In this document: one piece after another, positions 20,284-27,902 of the stretch
Layout: each line of letters starts with the position of its first letter
Numbering within the stretch: the stretch's first letter is position 1
Assembly (NCBI GenBank): GCA_963754925.1
Contig: CAVWHX010000004.1
Location: forward strand, 1,056,001-1,120,000
Length of the DNA stretch: 64,000 bases
Source of the DNA: an uncultured delta proteobacterium
GTDB lineage: Bacteria > Myxococcota > B64-G9
Direction: 5' to 3'
Program-made: the position numbers and the translations under genes
The notes under the pieces: generated by a model
What the model was told of the DNA's origin: nothing
The model's database searches: none
The model's input: only the letters and a program-made list of their open reading frames with translations

Positions 20284-22344
20284 CTAGTAGTTCATGTCGT
20301 CCTCGATAAAACTTAGATCGATTGATAGCGGAAGCTGCGGCAGCGGCTCGCCTTCCAGATAGGCATAGCGGAAGAAGGTCTCGGTGACGGTTTTTACATA
20401 ATCGCGCGTCTCGGCGAAAGGAAGTGATTCGACAAAGGCGTCGAGCGGGAGCTGCCCGAAGAGTTTAAACCATTTTACCACCGCGGGTGATCCCGCATTG
20501 TAGGCAGCGGCGATTATCAGCCACTGGCCTTTGAACTTCTTCTGCAGTCGATCGAGGTACCACGCGGCGATATGAATATTGTACTCGGGATCAAATAAAT
20601 CCTCTTTATCGGGGTCAAGCCCAAGCTCACGGGCCACCCGAAAGGCGGTGGAGGGAATAAGCTGCATGAGCCCGCGCGCGTTAGCGGGTGATAGGGCCAG
20701 TGCATCGAACTCGCTCTCAGTGCGCATAATCGATTGCAGAAATAGGATAGCGGTGGGGTCTCTGCCTGCGAAGCGGGTCAGGCGCTCGCGCTCGTAGGCC
20801 GGGTAGGCACGATCCCACAGGACACGGGTTTCGCCGTTTGGGAGCCTCAGCAGGACTACGGACTGGTCAAATAACGCGCGCAAGGCATGGTGGAAAAACC
20901 CGGTGGCGCGGTAGGCATCCAGCAACGCCAGCCGATCCCGCTGGCGGGGATGCTTGGCTAAGAAATCCTTTTCACCGCGGCGCAACACGAGTTCCGCGAA
21001 AGCCGGCAATTGCGCCGCAACCAATTCGTTGGCTTTGTGGAACAACGAGTCGTCCAAAACGACCGGCGCCGTCGCGGCAGGCGGTGGTGGCAGCAACGCC
21101 GGAGCGTGATCGCCAAGGCGCACGCGGGCGAGCAACGCATACCAGGTCAGGGGATAGAGCTCGCAGAGCGACCTCCACAACGTCTCGGCATCGAGGAGCT
21201 GGCCACGGGAGGAGGCGGCATAGGCGCTCCAATACCGCGCCCGGGCGGCGATGCGTGGTGCCGGGTGGTCAAGCTGCGGTTTGAGAACCGCCAGCGCCTC
21301 CTCCCAGCGTTGGTGACGCAGGGAGCACCAGGCGTGAAACCAGCGTGCTTCAATCGTCCAGCGGCTGCGTTGATACTGTTGCCAAAGCTGTTCGAATAAC
21401 GGCCAGGCGCGATCGCACTGGCCTTGGCTCTGCTCCAGCCAGCCAGCATAGAAGAGCGCGGCGGCGGCGGTGTCCCCCTGGGGATACCGGGCAACCATGG
21501 CGCGGTGGCTTTGGATAGCTTGATTGTCTTGGCCCAGGCGGCTGAAACAGCGCGAACCCCAGAACCAGGCTTGTTCGGCCTGGTCCGGGGTGGGAGCGTA
21601 ATCACGCGCGGCAAACAGGAAACGTTGGGCTTCTTGATAGCGGCCGGCCATATCAAAGAGGATGCGCCCGAGGGTATAGGCCCGTTCATACCGTTCTCGG
21701 TCGGTGCTCGCTTGCGGCGCCCGATCGAGCACTGACAACGCCTCGTCCCGACGTCCGGCAGCCACGAGTGCTCGCGCCAACGATATCGCTTCGTCCTGGT
21801 TAAGGAGCGAATCGGGTTGCGTATCCGGCAGCACAAACGCCAGAGGAAGGAAAGGGAAACCGATCCGCAACTTAGGCAATAGCCGCAGACTGGCTTGCTC
21901 CGTATCGCGCTCGATCAAGATCTCAACCCGGTGCATGAGGCCGACCGCCCGATCCACGCGGCGGTCGGGAAGGTTAGGCTGCAGCTTTTCGGCATCTTGG
22001 TAATGGGTCACTGCCGCCTGCCGGTCTCCGAGTTCGATATCACAGTCGGCTGCCCGGTACGCAGCCAAAACAGCATGGGGGCTTCCGGGAAACTTCGCAG
22101 CGAGAAAACGAAAACGCTCACGCGCCACGGGGTACCGCCGGGCGTAGAAAAGGCACTGGGCCTCGATAAACAAGGCGCTGTCGGGATTTTGGAGCTTGCC
22201 AGCCGAAAGCCCGCGGGCGAATTTGGCGCACTGCTCAAATTGACCCGCCCGATAGGCGTTGACCGCCTCGCGTAACCTCGCTACCTCGGCAGAATCAGAT
22301 GCGAGAGCCAATGTTGACAGTACCATGAATAAACAGATGCGCAT
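20284..22344 (-). CDS. slt: Soluble lytic transglycosylase (Slt-type) with TPR repeats
   Basis: TPR-rich N-terminus, then IMRTESEF, GLMQL, AAYNAG and ETRDYV SLT motifs. Confidence 0.88.
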   Translation of the reverse strand: MRICLFMVLSTLALASDSAEVARLREAVNAYRAGQFEQCAKFARGLSAGKLQNPDSALFIEAQCLFYARRYPVARERFRFLAAKFPGSPHAVLAAYRAADCDIELGDRQAAVTHYQDAEKLQPNLPDRRVDRAVGLMHRVEILIERDTEQASLRLLPKLRIGFPFLPLAFVLPDTQPDSLLNQDEAISLARALVAAGRRDEALSVLDRAPQASTDRERYERAYTLGRILFDMAGRYQEAQRFLFAARDYAPTPDQAEQAWFWGSRCFSRLGQDNQAIQSHRAMVARYPQGDTAAAALFYAGWLEQSQGQCDRAWPLFEQLWQQYQRSRWTIEARWFHAWCSLRHQRWEEALAVLKPQLDHPAPRIAARARYWSAYAASSRGQLLDAETLWRSLCELYPLTWYALLARVRLGDHAPALLPPPPAATAPVVLDDSLFHKANELVAAQLPAFAELVLRRGEKDFLAKHPRQRDRLALLDAYRATGFFHHALRALFDQSVVLLRLPNGETRVLWDRAYPAYERERLTRFAGRDPTAILFLQSIMRTESEFDALALSPANARGLMQLIPSTAFRVARELGLDPDKEDLFDPEYNIHIAAWYLDRLQKKFKGQWLIIAAAYNAGSPAVVKWFKLFGQLPLDAFVESLPFAETRDYVKTVTETFFRYAYLEGEPLPQLPLSIDLSFIEDDMNY

Positions 22345-22438
22345 TAATCAGAAAGGATACCACGGGTGTTGAGGTAATGCATGTTCCACGCACGCTCGTG
22401 ATCTTGACTTGATCGCCGAATGCTCTTTGGTGTAAGCG

Positions 22439-23290
22439 TTGCCCGTGAGCCTCATTGAACGCGTGGATATTATTTTGGTCGAACCGAGCGAGGGCGGCAA
22501 CGTCGGCAGTTGTGCGCGCGCCCTCAAGAATATGGGGTTTATGCGTTTCCATATGGTGCGGCCGCGCTATACCGATAGGCGCGCGGCCACAACCATGGCG
22601 GTCCATGCCAAGGATGTGCTCCATGGCGCACAGGTTCATGACACCGTGGAAGCAGCCATCGCGAGGGCGCACTGGGTTGTTGCGACCAGCGGGAGGAGGC
22701 GTTCGTATCCCGAACGCAAAGTCCCACTGACGCCGGAGCAGTTTGTGACGAAGCTGCATTCGCTTCCCAAAGAAGCGCGCGTCGCGGTGGTTTTTGGTCC
22801 CGAGCGCATTGGGCTGACTGCCGCACAGCTTGGCCTCTGTCAGGATCTCCTGGTTATGCCCACAGCGCCGGAGTATCCGATTCTCAACCTGGCGCAGGCG
22901 GTGCTCCTGGTTGCCTATGAAATTCGTCGAGCAGATCTGGCCGCAGCGCCGCGCAAGCGGTCGAAGCGACGCGCAGTATCGGCCGAGCGCGTCGATGGAC
23001 TCATAGCCCACCTGCGTCACACGTTGGGGACCATTGGCTTTCTCAATAAACAGAACCCGCGGTTGATTCTTGATGATCTGCGGTTTCTCTTATCGCGCGC
23101 CACGCTTGACGAACGCGAGGTTCAGCTTCTGCGCGGGATCCTTCACCGGGTGGATGTCACCATCGCTCGATTGGGCGGCCCACCGACCCTCAATCAAGTA
23201 AGCCGGCTTGGAAAAAAGATGCAGCGTGAGGTGCGCTGCTCAAAAAAAACCGCCGGTGTGGGCCATAAGCCGGGTTCTGTTTCCGGTTGA
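22439..23290 (+). CDS. trmJ: tRNA 2'-O-methyltransferase, TrmJ/LasT family
   Basis: GNVGSCARALKNMG, VFGPERIGL and LNLAQAV SPOUT motifs. The 3' end is uncertain because it overlaps rnpB. Confidence 0.9.
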   Translation: MPVSLIERVDIILVEPSEGGNVGSCARALKNMGFMRFHMVRPRYTDRRAATTMAVHAKDVLHGAQVHDTVEAAIARAHWVVATSGRRRSYPERKVPLTPEQFVTKLHSLPKEARVAVVFGPERIGLTAAQLGLCQDLLVMPTAPEYPILNLAQAVLLVAYEIRRADLAAAPRKRSKRRAVSAERVDGLIAHLRHTLGTIGFLNKQNPRLILDDLRFLLSRATLDEREVQLLRGILHRVDVTIARLGGPPTLNQVSRLGKKMQREVRCSKKTAGVGHKPGSVSG

Positions 23291-23752
23291 AGTCGCCCTC
23301 AGCCGGACAGTGCTCATTCATCTAGGATTGCCGTTGCCGGCAATCTCAAGCGGTCAACCCAGACGAAATAGGCGGGCCACCTATCTCAAAAACCGCTGCC
23401 TATGGCCGAAACCACAGCAGGTGTTTTAGAGATCGTCTTTATTGGACCTTGCTCCAGGTGGGGTTTGCCCTGCCCAGGCTGTCACCAGCCTAGCGGTGCG
23501 CTCTTACCGCACCATTTCACCCTTGCCGCCCCGGCCCTCGCGAGGGCCGGGGTGAGGGAAAAAACCCGCAGGGGGCGTTTCCCATGCGTCAACGCCCTCG
23601 AAAGGGCTTTGACGGGCGGTATGTTTTCTGTGGCACTTTCCTTGGAGTTGCCTCCACTGGCCGTTAACCAGCACCTGCGCCCTTTGGAGCCCGGACTTTC
23701 CTCTCGTCCCGTAGCATCGTACAGGACCAGCGAGCACCAAGCCCGCACCGGC
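23252..23752 (-). ncRNA. rnpB: RNase P RNA (bacterial type A), about 500 nt
   Basis: The minus strand has GAGGAAAGTCCGGGCTCC, GGAAAGTGCCACAGAAA, GGGTGAAATGGTGCGGTAAGAGCGCACC, GGCAAACCCCACCTGGAGCAAG, CCTAGATGAATG and ACAGAACCCGGCTTAT. The ends GCCGGTGCGGGC and GCCCACACCGGC form P1. Confidence 0.97.
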
Positions 23753-23829
23753 GAAACGATTTTTCAAAGATCTAAGGTTGGCATTCTCTCAGAATGCTCG
23801 TCGGTTGAAAAGAAGAAACCGTAGTGCAT

Positions 23830-23975
23830 TAGGTAGCCCAAAGGCTTAGGGGTATTCGTCGAACGACACGCGACCGAAACATCTTAACCGTTTAAGATTG
23901 TAGTGTTCATTATGCAAATGTAACCTGGGTGTAGACGGTCGCCTGACGAACACCCCTAACCCTCTGGGCTACCTA
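23830..23975. repeat. 146-bp element bounded by 31-bp imperfect inverted repeats (MITE-like or structured RNA)
   Basis: TAGGTAGCCCAAAGGCTTAGGGGTATTCGTC pairs with GACGAACACCCCTAACCCTCTGGGCTACCTA at 28 of 31 positions. Inner stems GCGACCG/CGGTCGC and ATCTTAA/TTAAGAT. Confidence 0.8.
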
Positions 23976-23980
23976 CAATA

Positions 23981-24931
23981 TTAGCTACACGAATCATTTT
24001 CTGTAAGTAAATTAAGCAGATCCTCGGGCAGCCGTGCTTCAAACGTCAGCAATTCGCCGGTGTGGGGGTGGCTGAGCGCGAGGCGTTCGGCATGCAGCGC
24101 GTGGCGGGTATGGCCCAGCCGTGTGAAATCGGCCTGGGTAAGTTGTTCTTTTATCATCGCCAAGTAGGGTCGACCGTTTTCCTGGTAGAGCTTGTCGCCC
24201 AGCACGGGATGGCCAAGGTGGGCCAAGTGCACCCGGATCTGATGTTGGCGGCCGGTGCTCGGATAGGCTGCGACCAATGCGCGATCTGCGTAACGTTTCA
24301 ATATCTCGAAGTCGGTCACTGCGTGCTGACCGCGATCCGGATCGACTTTCATCCGACACAAAATGGGGAAGGTGCGGTCGAGGGCAAGGGGAGCCTCCAC
24401 CCGGCGCTGGGTAAAGGAAGGGACCCCGCGCACGACCGCCACGTACCGTTTCTGGACCTCGCGGCCTGCGAACTGCTTCATCAATGAGTTGAGTATAGCT
24501 GCGCCGCGGCCGAGAACCAGCAACCCGCTGGTCTCGCGGTCGAGCCGATGTCCTAGTTGCAGCGTCGGATCGGAGAGTTCCTCGCGCAATCGAGTCAGAA
24601 TAGTGCGCGTGCGAAACCCTCGTACCGGATGCACGGGCGCGCCCGGGCCCTTGTCGATTACCACTATCCAACGGTCTTGGTACAGAATGTGGTATCTAAC
24701 CGGTACCTGCGGTTCGGGACGGACGTGGCTACGCACCTGGATGGTTTCACCCACGTGCAGTCTATGGCCCCAGCGCAACGCGCGGCCGTCATCGCCAAAA
24801 ACGCAACCTTTCAGGCGCTGGCAGAGCGAGGTGCGGCTGCGGCGGAACTTGGTCGATAGAAACTGATCTAAGCGCTTGCCCGCGTTCTCGGCGGCAATAT
24901 GAAAGGAAAACAGCCCAGGCTGTTCAGGCAA
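23981..24931 (-). CDS. RluA/RluD family pseudouridine synthase
   Basis: RLDQFL S4-like start, HRLDRETSG, TGRQHQIRVH, GDKLY and LHA motifs. Confidence 0.93.
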   Translation of the reverse strand: MPEQPGLFSFHIAAENAGKRLDQFLSTKFRRSRTSLCQRLKGCVFGDDGRALRWGHRLHVGETIQVRSHVRPEPQVPVRYHILYQDRWIVVIDKGPGAPVHPVRGFRTRTILTRLREELSDPTLQLGHRLDRETSGLLVLGRGAAILNSLMKQFAGREVQKRYVAVVRGVPSFTQRRVEAPLALDRTFPILCRMKVDPDRGQHAVTDFEILKRYADRALVAAYPSTGRQHQIRVHLAHLGHPVLGDKLYQENGRPYLAMIKEQLTQADFTRLGHTRHALHAERLALSHPHTGELLTFEARLPEDLLNLLTENDSCS

Positions 24932-24943
24932 CGGGCAAATAGA

Positions 24944-26584
24944 TTAAACCCTCCATCGTTGACCGCGCGCGATCGGTATCTGGCGGCCGGCCCCAAAGGC
25001 CCGGCGGGTGACGCGCAGCACTGGCGCGGCTTGGCGCCTCTTGAACTCGCTGATTTCAAGCAGGCGGACCACCTCGGCAACGATGCGCGGATCCTGACCG
25101 CGCGCTATGACCTGCTCCGCGTCCAAACCCTCGGTCACAAAAAGATCTAAAATTTCGTCGAGCAGCGGGTACGGGGGAAGCGAGTCTTGGTCCGTTTGAT
25201 TTGGTCGCAGCTCGGCGCTGGGCGCCCGGTCGATAATTCGGCGCGGGATGAGCTCGGCGGGATGATTGAAATGCTCGGCCAAGGCATAGACTTGACGCTT
25301 GAGCAGATCGCCGATAGGAGCTAAACCACCGACCATATCGCCGTAAAGGGTGCAGTAGCCGGTGGCGAGCTCGCTTTTGTTGCCGGTGGCCAACGCTAAC
25401 GCCCCGGTCGCATTTGCGTGGGCCATTACCAGAGCACCGCGAATGCGAGCCTGAAGGTTCTCGTCGGTGAGCGACAGCTCAAGCGGGCCCAAGGTCGGCT
25501 GCAACTGTTGCCGAAAGGCGTCGAGGATCGCGCTTATCGATATGATGTGAAAGTCGATGCCGAGCCGTTTGGCGAGCAACTCGGCATCGGTCTGGCTGAA
25601 ACCGGCCGAGTAGATCGAAGGCATGAAAAGCGCGCGCACGTTGTTCGGTCCGATGGCCTTTACGGCCAGAACTGCCACGACGGCTGAGTCGATGCCTCCC
25701 GATAGTCCCAACACCACGTGGGATAAACCGCTCTTGCGCAAAAAATCGGTAAGACCCAGGATCAACGCGTCAGCTAGTTCCTGGGGGCCGTCGGGGGGCG
25801 GATCGCGAAGTTCGCCCTCCCCTGCCGCGAGGTCGAACATCGCCAGGTCCTCGCCGAACGAGCGCGCGCGCGTACGCACGCTGCCATCCGGGGAGACCGC
25901 CAAGCTAGCGCCGTCAAAAATCAAACTGTCGTTGCCCCCAACCTGGTTGACCAGAACCACCGGTTTGCCGATTCGTGTTGCGATTCCAGCGAGCAGCTGC
26001 TCGCGCTCCCGGTAACGACCGGCATGAAACGGTGAGGCTGAAATATTAATCAGCACATCGATGCCTTGTCCCGCCAGATCGGCGACGGGGTCCTCTTGAT
26101 AGCGCGTTCGGCCGCGTTCAGGCCCGGGCCAGATGTCCTCGCAAACAACAATCCCCACGCGGGTGTGAGCCACGGTTGCCACCGAGCGGGTGCGGGCGGG
26201 CTCGAAATAACGATCCTCGTCAAAGACATCGTACGTCGGTAACCGTGTTTTGGCGTGCACCGACTGGATTCGCCCCTGCGAGGCGAGGATCGCGACATTC
26301 TGGATTGGGCGTCCGGTTGTTTCGGGATTCGGCAGCACCGCGCCGAACAGCAGTGGCGGCGAGCTAATCTCGGCGGCAAGCTCGAGGACCTTTCGTTCGA
26401 TCGCCCGCACGAACTCGTTGCGCGCTAGCAAGTCGAGCGGCGGATAGCCGACCAGGGCCAGCTCGGGCAGCACCACCAGATCGGCGCCACGGGCGCGGGC
26501 GTGCGCATACGCCTCACGAATCCGGCGGCAGTTGCCCGTCAGATCGCCGACGGTTGGATTGATCTGCGCTAGAGCAATACGCAT
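24944..26584 (-). CDS. nadE: Glutamine-dependent NAD+ synthetase
   Basis: Nitrilase domain (PEL, K, CEDIW), then GLSGGIDS, ENLQARIRG, TGNKSE and PSAELRPNQTD. Confidence 0.97.
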   Translation of the reverse strand: MRIALAQINPTVGDLTGNCRRIREAYAHARARGADLVVLPELALVGYPPLDLLARNEFVRAIERKVLELAAEISSPPLLFGAVLPNPETTGRPIQNVAILASQGRIQSVHAKTRLPTYDVFDEDRYFEPARTRSVATVAHTRVGIVVCEDIWPGPERGRTRYQEDPVADLAGQGIDVLINISASPFHAGRYREREQLLAGIATRIGKPVVLVNQVGGNDSLIFDGASLAVSPDGSVRTRARSFGEDLAMFDLAAGEGELRDPPPDGPQELADALILGLTDFLRKSGLSHVVLGLSGGIDSAVVAVLAVKAIGPNNVRALFMPSIYSAGFSQTDAELLAKRLGIDFHIISISAILDAFRQQLQPTLGPLELSLTDENLQARIRGALVMAHANATGALALATGNKSELATGYCTLYGDMVGGLAPIGDLLKRQVYALAEHFNHPAELIPRRIIDRAPSAELRPNQTDQDSLPPYPLLDEILDLFVTEGLDAEQVIARGQDPRIVAEVVRLLEISEFKRRQAAPVLRVTRRAFGAGRQIPIARGQRWRV

Positions 26585-26589
26585 GCGTT

Positions 26590-27780
26590 TTACTTCCTCA
26601 ACTGTTGAGCCACGGCCGCGCCCAGCTTCCTGGCGTTTTCGAGATCCGTGTCGGTTGGGCTAAAGCGCGCCTCAATCACGGGCTCGATCAGCTCCCATCC
26701 CATGCGGCCTACGAATTCTTTCATCGTGCTCACGCCGCCGCCGCTCCAGCCGTAGGTGCCGAAAATCCCGACCCGGCGGTTTTTGAGCTGTTTGCGTTCG
26801 AAGCGGTCGAGGAGATCTCCCATGGGCGGAAAGAGCTTGGTGTCGTAGGTCGGCGCACCCAGGAGTATCGTCTGATAGCGCCACGCGTCGCGGAGCATGT
26901 ACGATAGATGGGTGCGCGAAGCATCATGAATAACGATGCGCTTCTCGCCCGTGGATTTGACGCCCTCGACGACCGCCTCCATCAACCGCAAGCCGTTGCC
27001 GTACATCGAACCATAGGCGACCATCACCCCCGGTTCGCCGACGTACCGACTCCAGCGATCGTAACGTGAAATTACCTCGGGTACCTGCGTACGCCAGACC
27101 GGCCCGTGCGCCGGAGCGATCATGCTGATATCGAGCGATTTCAGTTTGGACAGAGCTTTCTGCACCATGACACAATATTTTGCAACAATATTGGCGAAGT
27201 AACGCAACATCTCACTCTCAAAACGGGCGTGATCGAGCTGATCGTCAAAAATCCCGCCGTCATGGGTTCCGAAGGCGCCAAAGGCGTCGGTCGAGAAGAG
27301 GATCTTTTCGCGTTCGTCATAGGCCACCATGGTTTCGGGCCAATGAACCATGGGGATGAGATGAAATTGCAGGGTCCGGCTTCCCAGCGAAATCCGTTCT
27401 CCGTCCTCGACCGTCTTCACCTTGGTTTGAACCTGGTAGAGGTGAACGAGGAACTCGGCCGTCTTGCGGTTGCCGATGATCTCCACCTGGGGATAGAGGG
27501 CGCGAAGGAGTTTGATGGTTCCGGAATGATCGGGCTCGAGGTGGTTGACGATGAGATAATCGAGCGGCCGGCCGGAAAGCAGGCTTCTCAGGCGCTCGAC
27601 AAAGGCAGTTGAAAAGCCGGCTTTGACCGTGTCGACCAAGGCGGTCTTTTCATCGCGGATGAGGTATGCATTATACGCAACCCCATAGGGCAGCGGCCAG
27701 ATGCCTTCGAAGAGGTCCGATTCGCGGTCGTTGACCCCGAGCCAAAAGATATTTTCACGCAACGGTACTATGGAGTCCAT
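26590..27780 (-). CDS. fprA: Flavodiiron protein (FprA/A-type flavoprotein; O2/NO reductase)
   Basis: NHLEPDH, HWPE, DAFG and PAHG diiron ligands plus a flavodoxin domain (YGSMYGN, YGWSGG). Confidence 0.93.
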   Translation of the reverse strand: MDSIVPLRENIFWLGVNDRESDLFEGIWPLPYGVAYNAYLIRDEKTALVDTVKAGFSTAFVERLRSLLSGRPLDYLIVNHLEPDHSGTIKLLRALYPQVEIIGNRKTAEFLVHLYQVQTKVKTVEDGERISLGSRTLQFHLIPMVHWPETMVAYDEREKILFSTDAFGAFGTHDGGIFDDQLDHARFESEMLRYFANIVAKYCVMVQKALSKLKSLDISMIAPAHGPVWRTQVPEVISRYDRWSRYVGEPGVMVAYGSMYGNGLRLMEAVVEGVKSTGEKRIVIHDASRTHLSYMLRDAWRYQTILLGAPTYDTKLFPPMGDLLDRFERKQLKNRRVGIFGTYGWSGGGVSTMKEFVGRMGWELIEPVIEARFSPTDTDLENARKLGAAVAQQLRK

Positions 27781-27902
27781 GGGGACCGTCCTTTCTCAAG
27801 GTGCCGGCCCCACGTTACAGAAACGCCGGGAAAGGATCAAGCGATCTCAATGGGGGGAGCCGCTGCCTCAATTTCGGTAAGTGCGGTCCCTAAATTCCTT
27901 TT

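Noticed and set aside
23208..23824. Short ORFs of 73-140 aa on both strands
   Set aside because: They overlap the RNase P RNA gene and show no protein motifs.
23830..23975. 6S RNA or intrinsic terminator call for the hairpin
   Set aside because: It is shorter than a typical 6S RNA, has no clear central bubble or zapA/ygfA/rny context, and has no U-tract. Left unassigned.
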